DNA of 64,000 nucleotides from an uncultured Muribaculaceae bacterium (lineage in GTDB: Bacteria > Bacillota_I > Bacilli_A > RF39 > UBA660), in assembly GCA_964600615.1 (NCBI GenBank), contig CAZRJK010000004.1:15259-79258 (forward strand), given 5' to 3'. The notes under the pieces are model-generated. The model searched no databases and had not been told where the DNA came from. It saw nothing but the letters and a program-made list of their open reading frames with translations. Below, piece after piece: positions 40,855 to 50,887 of this stretch (position 1 is the stretch's first letter; every line of letters begins with the position of its first letter). A program made the translations under genes and the position numbers.

Positions 40855-42288
40855 ATGAAAAATATAGAAATAATAATAAATAAATTAAAACAAGATACCA
40901 ACAATGCAGAAGATATAACCTATAGAAAAAAAATATTTCTAAATAAAACAATCTATATAATCTATAATGAATCCCTAACTGCCTCTAATAACATAAGCGA
41001 TTTTATAATTAGAAGTCTAGATAACATAAAAAAAGAAGAAAATATAATAAATACTATAATTAATAATATAGATAATTTCAAATCTAAAACAATAAATACT
41101 TATAAAGATATATGCTATTATTTAAACTATGGTTTTACTATCATTTTAATTGAAAATGAAAGTAAAGCCATAGTCTTAGAAACTAAAAGAAATCTCTCTA
41201 GATCTATATCAACTCCCCAAACAGAAAAATCTCTAAGAGCCTCAATGGATTCTTTCACAGAAGACATGCAAACAAATATAGGATTAATTAGAAGAAGAAT
41301 AAAATCTAATGATCTATGGATAAATTCCTATGAATTAGGAAAATACACCAAAACAAAAATAAATATTCTATATATTAAATCTATTTATAAAAAAGAATAT
41401 CTAAACAAAGTAACAAAAAAACTAAACCAAATAGATATTGATGGGATAATTAATACCGGTACTATTAAAAACTTAATAACAGAAGAAAACAAAACAATAT
41501 TTCCAACAATCATGACAACAGAAAGACCAGACAAAGTATCTGCTGCCCTTTTAAAAGGAAAAATAATAATTCTAATAGATACTTCTCCCTTTGCTATAAT
41601 ACTACCCGTATCACTAAATGATTTCTTTCTTCAAACAGAAGATATATATAGTAAAAGTATAAATATATCATTAACTAGAATAATAAGATATTTATCCTTT
41701 TTTATAACCCTATTAACACCCGCTATTTATATAGCCATAACAACCCAGAACCAAAACCTTCTACCCTTAAAAATGCTAACTAGCATTATAAAGCAAAGAA
41801 AAAACGTCCCCTTTTCCGTCTTTACAGAAGCTCTAATTATGCTAGTATCATTTGAAATATTAAAAGAAAGTGAATTAAGATTACCAAACTTTACCACTAG
41901 TTCTCTTTCCATAGTAGGAGCCCTAATCTTAGGTCAAGCATCTGTAGAAGCAGGAATAGTATCACCTATTATGATAATAGTAATTGCTATAACATCTATA
42001 TCATCGTTATTATTAACAGAACCAGAACTAGCAAATAGTATTAGATGGTATAGACTATTATTTATGATATTAGCAAATCTATTAGGAATATCAGGAATAA
42101 TAATCATACTTATATTATTAGTAATAGATTTAATTAGAACCAATTCCTTTGGACTTCCCTATATGTATCCCTTTATACCTACCAACTTATATGGATTAAA
42201 AAATAGCATCATAAAATTCCCAATAAAAAAATTAGACAAAAGAGAAAAAATTCTCTCAAATAATACTATAAAATATAAGAAAAAATAA
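40855..42288 (+). CDS. Spore germination protein, GerA family A subunit
   Basis: N.GLIRRRI, TERPD, E.LKE..LRLP, SIVGALILGQASVEAGIVSP, SFG.PY..P. Confidence 0.92.
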   Translation: MKNIEIIINKLKQDTNNAEDITYRKKIFLNKTIYIIYNESLTASNNISDFIIRSLDNIKKEENIINTIINNIDNFKSKTINTYKDICYYLNYGFTIILIENESKAIVLETKRNLSRSISTPQTEKSLRASMDSFTEDMQTNIGLIRRRIKSNDLWINSYELGKYTKTKINILYIKSIYKKEYLNKVTKKLNQIDIDGIINTGTIKNLITEENKTIFPTIMTTERPDKVSAALLKGKIIILIDTSPFAIILPVSLNDFFLQTEDIYSKSINISLTRIIRYLSFFITLLTPAIYIAITTQNQNLLPLKMLTSIIKQRKNVPFSVFTEALIMLVSFEILKESELRLPNFTTSSLSIVGALILGQASVEAGIVSPIMIIVIAITSISSLLLTEPELANSIRWYRLLFMILANLLGISGIIIILILLVIDLIRTNSFGLPYMYPFIPTNLYGLKNSIIKFPIKKLDKREKILSNNTIKYKKK

Positions 42289-42315
42289 AAAAAGAAAGAT
42301 AAAATCTTTCTTTTT
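42289..42315. terminator. Bidirectional terminator
   Basis: AAAAAGAAAGAT / ATCTTTCTTTTT between convergent genes. Confidence 0.65.
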
Positions 42316-43516
42316 ATAATACCGCTCCTATACCCCACATAGCAGGGAAAAATCTCTTAGGATCAAAAGTATTTCCTTTAACTCCAGAACTTCCCACTAA
42401 ATCAGAACCACTAGACATTGTAAAATGCAAATGTGCACCAGCAGTACAATGATCATGCCACTTATTAATTTCCGCTGTTCCGCCACCACTAGTACCTATA
42501 GTCTGTCCACCAGATACACGAGATCCATAACCAACATTACTAGTAAGTAAATGCATATACAAAGAAATATATTCTTGTCCCTGATAACTATGTAAAATTT
42601 GAACAACATATCCACCACAATGACAATTAGTATAAGATTGACCAGTGTAGCTAGAATAACAACTAGCTCTATATCCCACACTACCAGCAAATACAACCTT
42701 ACCAGGTCCAACAGCTTTTACAGCAGAACCCTCAGGAGTACCTAAATCAACAGCATAATGATACCTATTCTCATCCCAGCCATAATTAGACGATTGTCTA
42801 AAATGATTCAATGGGTAAGTCCAACCACTTACAGCAGGAATACCATTACATTGAGTAATATCTGAATTTCTCTTACAACCAATAGATTCATAATATTTAA
42901 TATTCTTTCTCTTAGCAGCTATTTGTTCTGCAATACTAAGTCCTGAATCATTTTCTTTTTGATATTGAAGTTGTAACATTGTAGACTTAGCTTGCAAATC
43001 TTTTTTCTTAGCCGCTAATTCTACTTGCTTATTTTTTAAATTAACCTTTTTAGCCTCTAATTCCTGTATTAGTTTATTTAATTCATCCATTAACTTCTTA
43101 TTAGCTTCACTCATCTGTGTAACAACTGAATATCTATATATTAAATCAGTATAATCTTCAGCTTCAAATATATATTCAATCATACTAGTACCCTTACTAT
43201 TAGCAATCTGCAAATATCTAAGCATCCTATTAGTTTCATCTTTCTTCTTAGCTATTTCCTCTTCACTAGCTTTAATATCTTTCTCCGCTTGAACTATATC
43301 ACGTTCTGCCTGTGCTATTTCATTTTCAATATTAGTAATACTAGCTCTAACTTTATTTATCTCAGCCTGTGTCATATTAGCTTTTTTCTTAGCAGCATTA
43401 TAACTACTCTCTAAATTAGCTAAATCATTATATAAATCCTGTAAAGTAGTTGCTTTAACAAAACTACAAGGAATAAACATTAAAATAAACAACAAAATAA
43501 CTATTCTATGTTTCAC
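42314..43516 (-). CDS. Secreted coiled-coil M23 peptidase (cell-wall hydrolase)
   Basis: Signal peptide, PcsB/CwlO-like coiled coil, HYAVD, Y.HL and HLH. Confidence 0.88.
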   Translation of the reverse strand: MKHRIVILLFILMFIPCSFVKATTLQDLYNDLANLESSYNAAKKKANMTQAEINKVRASITNIENEIAQAERDIVQAEKDIKASEEEIAKKKDETNRMLRYLQIANSKGTSMIEYIFEAEDYTDLIYRYSVVTQMSEANKKLMDELNKLIQELEAKKVNLKNKQVELAAKKKDLQAKSTMLQLQYQKENDSGLSIAEQIAAKRKNIKYYESIGCKRNSDITQCNGIPAVSGWTYPLNHFRQSSNYGWDENRYHYAVDLGTPEGSAVKAVGPGKVVFAGSVGYRASCYSSYTGQSYTNCHCGGYVVQILHSYQGQEYISLYMHLLTSNVGYGSRVSGGQTIGTSGGGTAEINKWHDHCTAGAHLHFTMSSGSDLVGSSGVKGNTFDPKRFFPAMWGIGAVL

Positions 43517-43570
43517 CCTATCACCTACTTACATTTCATTATAACCCATTAATAATTATTAGTCAATAAA

Positions 43571-44569
43571 CTATTTACCCTTCTTTTCAATTCCCAAATG
43601 CTTATATGCCATATCTGTAACCATTCTTCCCCTAGCAGTTCGCTTAAGTAAACCAATTTGTAACAAATATGGTTCATAAACATCAGATATAGTACTTACT
43701 TCTTCTCCAATCGAAGCAGCAAGAGCATCTAAACCAACAGGTCCTCCACTATATCTTTCAATAATAGCAATTAACAAATTATAGTCGGTATCATCTAACC
43801 CCATACTATCAACCTTTAATCTATCTAAAGACCTATTCATAATATCTAAAGTAATAATATCACTTTCTTCTACCAAAGCAAAATCTCTAACTCTTTTAAA
43901 TAATCTATTACAAACACGAGGAGTACCCCTACTTCTCCTAGCAAGTTCATAAGCAGCATCATCCTCTATAGACATAGTAAGAACTCTACTAGTTCTCTTA
44001 ACTATCTGAAATAATTCTTCCTCAGTATAATAATTTAATTTAGAAATAATTCCAAATCTATCCCTTAAAGGACTAGACAAATCACCAGCCCTAGTAGTAG
44101 CCCCAATCAAAGTAAAAGGAGGCAAATTAATTCTAATATTTCTACTAGATCCTTCATTACCAACAACTATATCCAAACAATAATCTTCCATCGCTGGATA
44201 TAATATCTCTTCAATAGCCCTAGGAATACGATGTATCTCATCAATAAATAATACATCTCCCTCTTCTAAAGTAGAAAGAATAGCCGCTAAATCACCACTC
44301 TTCTCTATAGAAGGACCACTAGCAGTCTTAATATTACTACCCAACTCATTAGCAATTATATATGCCAAAGTAGTCTTCCCCAAACCAGGAGGACCATATA
44401 ACAATACATGATCTAAAGCTTCACCCCTAATTAAAGCACTCTTAATAAAAACTCTAATATTATCTTTAACATCAGATTGTCCAATATATTCTTCTAAACT
44501 CTGAGGTCTAATAGTAGCTTCATCCATATCTTCCTTTAACATATCACCAGTAATTATTCTCTCATCCAT
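43571..44569 (-). CDS. ruvB: Holliday junction helicase RuvB
   Basis: [37 protein letters not shown]. Confidence 0.97.
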   Translation of the reverse strand: MDERIITGDMLKEDMDEATIRPQSLEEYIGQSDVKDNIRVFIKSALIRGEALDHVLLYGPPGLGKTTLAYIIANELGSNIKTASGPSIEKSGDLAAILSTLEEGDVLFIDEIHRIPRAIEEILYPAMEDYCLDIVVGNEGSSRNIRINLPPFTLIGATTRAGDLSSPLRDRFGIISKLNYYTEEELFQIVKRTSRVLTMSIEDDAAYELARRSRGTPRVCNRLFKRVRDFALVEESDIITLDIMNRSLDRLKVDSMGLDDTDYNLLIAIIERYSGGPVGLDALAASIGEEVSTISDVYEPYLLQIGLLKRTARGRMVTDMAYKHLGIEKKGK

Positions 44570-44651
44570 AACATTCCTCCTTCTAGTCTTAATAAAAGTA
44601 TAACAGCCAATTATAAAATAGTCAATAAATTAACAAACAATTGTTTGTTAA

Positions 44652-45782
44652 TTATTTTCTTTTAATCTCAGTATCAATAGCTTCCATATACTCAGAAACA
44701 GTATCAATATGCCTTAATCTATCATTTTCATTTCTTTTCATATGTATCTCAGAAAAGAAGAGATTTATTGTTTCAGCTTGATACTTAGCTAATTTTTTTA
44801 AAAAGCTTTCAATAGTTATCAAATCTTCTTTTTCCATTTTCTTGTTATCCGTTAATTTTTTTAGCATTACACTTTGGTTATTATAAATTGTATTAGTATA
44901 TTCCAAGTATTTATACAATAATGCTAATTCATCAACAGTTAATTCTTCTATTTTTATGTCTTCTAAAAAACTCTTGCTAGAAAAAACAGCTGCTATGATT
45001 CTTTTATCTATTTTTTTAAATTCTTCATTATTAATGATATCAGCTATTTTTTTAAATCCACCATTCTCTTCAATAAATATTTTTAATACCGGATTTATAG
45101 ATTGTGGATCATAATCTTTTTCATTAATAGAAAGTTCTCCTTTATTAATCATTTGTCTTAAACTTCTATATTTTTCTATAAATCTATCAAAAACATCAGC
45201 AGCATCATAAGTATAGTAATCTATATATACTTTATTTTCTCTTTTTTCAATATTTTCTTTTTCCTGTTCATATATTTCCGGTCTTGTTCGTTTAAGAAAT
45301 TCTTTAGCTTTTTCTAAGCCATATAAATTAGCACCTATTTCAAAAGAATATTTATCATGCTCCAAATAATAATCAAAAAGTCCATAAAAACCACATTTCT
45401 TAATTAACATTTCCAAATCATTAACAAATCTTTCATAATTATTTGGATTAAATGTTTTTTGCTCACTATGCCTAAATTCATGATAACATACTTTTGCCAA
45501 TAAAAATGGACTCCCATCAACTTTTTCACATTTCTTAATTCTTTCTAAAAATATAACTAAATTATTGTTAAAGTCATTAAATCCTAAACTTAATATTGGC
45601 ATTAATGCATAGCTACTTTTTTTTGTTAAACTAAATTTTCCTTTAAATATAAATTCATTATAATATTCAATAAAAGTTAGCGGATATACTTTTAATTTTA
45701 TACCCGTTCTTTTTTCTTCTTCTAAAAATATCTCATTTGCAATTTCCTTCATTTCTGCAAAGCTTAAACTATTATTACTCAT
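44652..45782 (-). CDS. Hypothetical protein with HExxH zincin-like motif
   Basis: CYHEFRH..Q and a downstream E..A. Confidence 0.65.
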   Translation of the reverse strand: MSNNSLSFAEMKEIANEIFLEEEKRTGIKLKVYPLTFIEYYNEFIFKGKFSLTKKSSYALMPILSLGFNDFNNNLVIFLERIKKCEKVDGSPFLLAKVCYHEFRHSEQKTFNPNNYERFVNDLEMLIKKCGFYGLFDYYLEHDKYSFEIGANLYGLEKAKEFLKRTRPEIYEQEKENIEKRENKVYIDYYTYDAADVFDRFIEKYRSLRQMINKGELSINEKDYDPQSINPVLKIFIEENGGFKKIADIINNEEFKKIDKRIIAAVFSSKSFLEDIKIEELTVDELALLYKYLEYTNTIYNNQSVMLKKLTDNKKMEKEDLITIESFLKKLAKYQAETINLFFSEIHMKRNENDRLRHIDTVSEYMEAIDTEIKRK

Positions 45783-45818
45783 ATATTTCTCCTTAATTAT
45801 CCCTATATTTAAATAAAA

Positions 45819-46253
45819 CTAATTCTTATAATTAGCTCTCATTTCTCTTTCAGTATCTCTCTTCTTAATAGTCTCTCTCTTATCAAAAGCTTTCTTACCC
45901 TTACATAAACCAATTAATACCTTAGCCTTACCATTCTTAAAATATATCTTTAAAGGAATTAAAGTATATCCCTCTAAAGTAATCTTATTATTTAACTTCT
46001 TAATCTCACTCTTATGCATAAGTAATTTTCTTGTTCTATCTTCTTCATGATTAAAAACATTACCTTTATCATAACTAGAAATATGAGTATTAAGTAAATA
46101 TATTTCTTCTCCTCTTATAATAGCATAACTATCCCCAATATTAACCTTACCATCTCTAATAGACTTAATCTCAGTACCAGTAAGAACAATACCAGCCTCA
46201 TACTCATCTTCAATAAAATAATCATATCTAGCTTTTCTATTTAATATTTCCAT
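45819..46253 (-). CDS. smpB: SsrA-binding protein
   Basis: NRKARYDY, EAGIVL.GTEIKSIR, RKLL, GKK..DKR. Confidence 0.97.
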   Translation of the reverse strand: MEILNRKARYDYFIEDEYEAGIVLTGTEIKSIRDGKVNIGDSYAIIRGEEIYLLNTHISSYDKGNVFNHEEDRTRKLLMHKSEIKKLNNKITLEGYTLIPLKIYFKNGKAKVLIGLCKGKKAFDKRETIKKRDTEREMRANYKN

Positions 46254-46303
46254 ATATATATCACCAAAAATATTATATCATAATAATTAAAAATAAAATA
46301 CCT

Positions 46304-47509
46304 TTAGTTTCCTAAAGGTATTACTTCTATATCATTATCTAAACTAATAACAACATTCTTAAACTTATCATATACTTCTCTATAATTAGCTAAATAATCA
46401 CTATTAATTTTACTAAAAGGAATTATCTTAAAGTCTTTATAATCACTAGTATAATATGTATATAACAATTCATTATTTAAATTAGATAAAGTAATATTAC
46501 CATCCTTTAAAGTAACATCAACACTAGTCATAAGACCCACCCTATTAGCCATATTAACAACCTCATGAGCAGATAAAAAATTACCCAAAGAATATATAAC
46601 TAACATATCATCAATATAACTAACAGGTTGAATAACATGAGGATGAGTACCTATAATAATATTAACTCCTAAAGAATGAAGATAATCAGCCATATCTTTC
46701 TGATAACTATTAGGAGTATCTTGATATTCAACACCCCAATGCATCGCTACCATAAGTAAATCTACTTTATCTTTTACCCTATCTATATCTTCCTTAACAG
46801 TTTTTTTATATTCTTGATATTTACTATCACTATCAACAGACCAAATATTTACTAAATAATTTTTACCACCAGGAACAGGTATCCCATTAGTTCCATATGT
46901 ATAATTAAGTAATGTATATTTAATTCCATTAACTTCTCTTATATCTTCCTTATTTCTCTCATCTAAAGAACTATAACTACCAACTGCCATAACATCTTTC
47001 TTACTATTCCAATAATTTCTAGAATTAATAATAGCTGTCTCCCCTCTATCTAAAGTATGATTAGTAGCAAGACTAACTAAATTAAATCCACAATCAATCA
47101 TCGCATCTCCAACTTCATAAGGAGAATTAAAAGCTGGATAACTAGATAAACCAATATCACTACCACCTAATATAGTTTCTTGATTATAATAAGCTAAATC
47201 ATACTTACTAACAATAGGTTTAATGTATTCAAGAATAGAACTAAAATCATATTTACCATCTTTATAAGCATAATTATATATCTTATCATGAATCAAATTA
47301 TCCCCAACCATAACTAAAGATAACTTACTCTCTTTTTCTTCTTCTTTTTTCTTAACAACTTCTTTACTAGTAGTTTTTTTCTTATCAGTTACTATATTAT
47401 TACTAATATACTTTATACCAAAAAGAAGAAGAAAAGCAAAAAATACTATTACTAAAATAAATCTAAATATTTTAAATTTATTAATTCTTCTAACTTTTCT
47501 TCTACTCAT
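46304..47509 (-). CDS. CapA (PGA_cap) family metallophosphoesterase-like protein
   Basis: GDNLIH, NQE, ATNH..D, HWG.EY, GTHPHV, YSLGNF. Confidence 0.9.
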   Translation of the reverse strand: MSRRKVRRINKFKIFRFILVIVFFAFLLLFGIKYISNNIVTDKKKTTSKEVVKKKEEEKESKLSLVMVGDNLIHDKIYNYAYKDGKYDFSSILEYIKPIVSKYDLAYYNQETILGGSDIGLSSYPAFNSPYEVGDAMIDCGFNLVSLATNHTLDRGETAIINSRNYWNSKKDVMAVGSYSSLDERNKEDIREVNGIKYTLLNYTYGTNGIPVPGGKNYLVNIWSVDSDSKYQEYKKTVKEDIDRVKDKVDLLMVAMHWGVEYQDTPNSYQKDMADYLHSLGVNIIIGTHPHVIQPVSYIDDMLVIYSLGNFLSAHEVVNMANRVGLMTSVDVTLKDGNITLSNLNNELLYTYYTSDYKDFKIIPFSKINSDYLANYREVYDKFKNVVISLDNDIEVIPLGN

Positions 47510-48776
47510 AAACACCCACTACTGGCATATCTTTATCATACATCTGCACAACCTCTTTATATTTTTCATAAACAGATTTATAACCAGGCAAATGATCAGC
47601 AATCTCTGAATTACTAAAAGGAATAACTCTAAATCCTCTCCAACTACCTTGATTATAATAATTATAAATAAGTTCATTATTTACATCACTTATCTTATAA
47701 CTAACATCTTTACCCTTAGAAGTCTTAGTAAATTTAAAACTAGTCATCAACTCAGTAGTACATTTATAATAAGTACAAGTACTCTGATTCTGATATTGAG
47801 CAGATATAAAATTACCCAAAGAATATATTACTAAAGTATCATCAACATAAGTAACAGGTTGAATAACATGAGGATGCGTACCAATAATAACATCAACACC
47901 TAAACTAGCTAAATACTTAGCCATATCCTTCTCATATTCTGTAGGTTCATGTGTATACTCTACACCCCAATGCATAGCTACTATAAGTAAATCAACTTTA
48001 TCTCTAACTCTTTCAACATCTTCCTTAACAGTTTTCTTATAATCTTGATATTTAGTATCTCTCTCAGGATCATTAATATTATCAATATCCGTAGGCCATA
48101 CATTAACTAAATATTCCTTACCAGAAGGAACAGGCATACCATTAGTACCATAAGTATAATTTAACATCGTATACTTAATATCATTAGCTTCTCTAATTTC
48201 TACCTTATTTCTAGCCTCAAAAGAATCATAACTACCTACTGCTAAAACATCACTCTTACTATCCCAATACTTACGACTAGCAAGAACAGCTCTTTCCCCA
48301 GAATCCATCGTATGATTAGTAGCTAAACTAACCAAATTAAACCCTGCATCAATCATCGCATCTCCAGCTTCTTGAGGAGAATTAAAAGTAGGATAATCAT
48401 CTAAACCAAGTTCCGTACCACCTAAAATACTCTCTTGATTATAATAAGCAATATCATACTTACTAGCAATAGGTTTAATTAATTCATACATAGGCTTAAA
48501 ATCATAACCATTATATCCAGCATGCTTATTAGCATCTTTATAAACACTAGAATGAATAAGATTATCCCCAACTGCTATAACAGAAACACTAGTAACTATT
48601 TCCTTATCTTCCTTCTTAGGAATAGCTGGAATCTTTTTCTTAACATCATCAATAGTATTATTATCTAATTTCTTACCATTAACAAAATAAATACCAACCA
48701 AAACACACAAACAAATTAAACTAACGGCTAGGAATATATTTCCTAATTTTAACCTTCTTCTCCTTCTTCTCGCCAT
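47502..48776 (-). CDS. CapA (PGA_cap) family protein, tandem paralogue
   Basis: Same motif set as the downstream copy. Confidence 0.9.
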   Translation of the reverse strand: MARRRRRRLKLGNIFLAVSLICLCVLVGIYFVNGKKLDNNTIDDVKKKIPAIPKKEDKEIVTSVSVIAVGDNLIHSSVYKDANKHAGYNGYDFKPMYELIKPIASKYDIAYYNQESILGGTELGLDDYPTFNSPQEAGDAMIDAGFNLVSLATNHTMDSGERAVLASRKYWDSKSDVLAVGSYDSFEARNKVEIREANDIKYTMLNYTYGTNGMPVPSGKEYLVNVWPTDIDNINDPERDTKYQDYKKTVKEDVERVRDKVDLLIVAMHWGVEYTHEPTEYEKDMAKYLASLGVDVIIGTHPHVIQPVTYVDDTLVIYSLGNFISAQYQNQSTCTYYKCTTELMTSFKFTKTSKGKDVSYKISDVNNELIYNYYNQGSWRGFRVIPFSNSEIADHLPGYKSVYEKYKEVVQMYDKDMPVVGVYE

Positions 48777-50886
48777 CTAAACAACGCTCCTTCTCTAAAT
48801 TCTTTTCCAAAGTCATATATACTTCACTATTTTTATATTTAACACCATCAATCCTTACACTAACTAAATCACCAATACTACATATTAACCTATCTCCAAA
48901 ATATACACTATTGCCAGAAATATTATATGTAGAAGGAAAAACAATCTTTCCCTTAATTCCATTATCAAGTAACACCCTAACACTACTACCAACTTCTGAA
49001 ATTCTACCAATAAGCTCTTCCTTATTTAATTTATCTTTATTTTTATCTACATAATCAACAAGTAACATCTGATTAGCTTCCGCCTCAACAGCCTTAGCTG
49101 CTCTTTGTCTTTCACTATATACTAGAGCTTCTTTCTCTAAAGATTCAACAGAAAATCTTGCTTTAGTAGCTTCAACATCTTTACCAGAATCCAAATAATA
49201 CTCAATAATTGTATGATTACGCCAATCTCCACCTCTTCTAATATCAGAAGTAACCTGAGCATAATAATCAAAACCTAAAGGATAATGACCAACATTATCT
49301 ACAGAATATTTAGCTTCCGACATAGTCCTAATAAGCATTTGATAAAACACTTCAGGATACTTAATCTTACTTACTTCTTTAAGAATAGATTGCAATTCTT
49401 CCTTAGTATAATAATCCCTAATATATTCACCATCGCCTACTTTAATACTCTTATCTAAAAGATCTTTAGATTGAAGCAACATAATAACTTCACTAATCTT
49501 CTTATAATTAGGTTCCTCATCTACCCTATATATTAAAGGAATTCCAAGATTACTAAAATATTCACCTGCATTTCTACCAGTTATTAACATAAAAACCTCA
49601 ATCATATTAGCAGCAATACCTTTTCTTTTCTTCTCAATATCCTCAATCTTTTTTGATTCATTTAATTTATATTCAAATTCATCAGTATCTATCTCTAAAA
49701 AACCATCCCTACGAAAATTTCTTGCAATAAGATAATATAACTTTTCCATAACAAGCAAATTCTTATAATACTTTTCATATCCAGGAACCATAACTTCATC
49801 CTCTAATATAGAATCAACATCACTATAAGTCATCTTCTTTTTAGAATTAATAATTGATTTAAACAAATCAAAATCAATTACTTCTCCATTTTGATTAAAA
49901 GTAGTCTTAAAACAAATAGCATTTCTATCCTGATCTGACCATAAAGAACATATACCATTAGACAACTTTCTAGGTAACATAGGAATTACACTACCAGGAG
50001 GATAAACACTAGTACCAGCTTCCTTAATTCTAACAGCAAGAGCACTACCATCCTTAACATAATGACCAACTCTAGCAATAGAAACATATAAACTATATGT
50101 ACCATCACTATTAACTTCTACATAAACACCATCATCTATATCTTTAGTATCATCACAATCAATAGTAACAATATCCTTATCACGTAAATCAACAGCACCT
50201 AAAGATATCTCTTTATCAGCATCCTCTATAGATAAACTATCAGGAATATCCACTAACTCTTTTTCTACTTCTTTAGAAAAGCAATCAGAAAATCCATGCT
50301 TATAAACAATCTTTAAAATATCAGCATTAGGATCATCCTTATGACATCTAACCTCTAATACCTTAGCAAAATTTCCATTCCTTTGAATAAAAACTATAGT
50401 TCCAGGAACATAATCTTTATCATCAACTATCTCTAAATAACCTAATTTATCATCAAAAGCACATAACTTACCATCATGATAACAAATAACTGCTAAGTAC
50501 TTACTATCATCTTTCTTAAGCACACTATTTACCTCATAACCATGAGTCTTATAATTATAACTAAACATAATATAATCCCCATAAGAAGCACCATTCATAT
50601 TCCTAGCATATAAATAGTATCTAGTATCCCCATCCTGTACATAATACCTATTCTTATTATCTAATAATAAAGTACCTCTCAAATAAACAGAATTCTTAAA
50701 TAACATATATACATGCTCTTTACTATCAAAACATATCTTACCAGAAGAAATTAATCTTGTTAAACTATTCTTAAATTTCTTTAAATTCTTCTCTCCTCTA
50801 ATACCCATCTTAGAAATCATTTCTTCATAAGTAAAACTAATCTTATTATTATTATCTTCTAAAAAACTAATAATTCTTTCATCCAT
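48721..50886 (-). CDS. Ribonuclease R paralogue (divergent)
   Basis: TIDCDDTKDIDD, SVY....IPMLP..LSNGICSL; altered QVTSDIRRGGD. Confidence 0.85.
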   Translation of the reverse strand: MDERIISFLEDNNNKISFTYEEMISKMGIRGEKNLKKFKNSLTRLISSGKICFDSKEHVYMLFKNSVYLRGTLLLDNKNRYYVQDGDTRYYLYARNMNGASYGDYIMFSYNYKTHGYEVNSVLKKDDSKYLAVICYHDGKLCAFDDKLGYLEIVDDKDYVPGTIVFIQRNGNFAKVLEVRCHKDDPNADILKIVYKHGFSDCFSKEVEKELVDIPDSLSIEDADKEISLGAVDLRDKDIVTIDCDDTKDIDDGVYVEVNSDGTYSLYVSIARVGHYVKDGSALAVRIKEAGTSVYPPGSVIPMLPRKLSNGICSLWSDQDRNAICFKTTFNQNGEVIDFDLFKSIINSKKKMTYSDVDSILEDEVMVPGYEKYYKNLLVMEKLYYLIARNFRRDGFLEIDTDEFEYKLNESKKIEDIEKKRKGIAANMIEVFMLITGRNAGEYFSNLGIPLIYRVDEEPNYKKISEVIMLLQSKDLLDKSIKVGDGEYIRDYYTKEELQSILKEVSKIKYPEVFYQMLIRTMSEAKYSVDNVGHYPLGFDYYAQVTSDIRRGGDWRNHTIIEYYLDSGKDVEATKARFSVESLEKEALVYSERQRAAKAVEAEANQMLLVDYVDKNKDKLNKEELIGRISEVGSSVRVLLDNGIKGKIVFPSTYNISGNSVYFGDRLICSIGDLVSVRIDGVKYKNSEVYMTLEKNLEKERCLDGEKKEKKVKIRKYIPSR

Positions 50887-50887
50887 C

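Noticed and set aside
42400-42840. Moderately GC-richer M23 domain as another variable region
   Set aside because: Explained by Gly/Cys/His content; codons keep normal A/T endings, unlike VR1 and VR2
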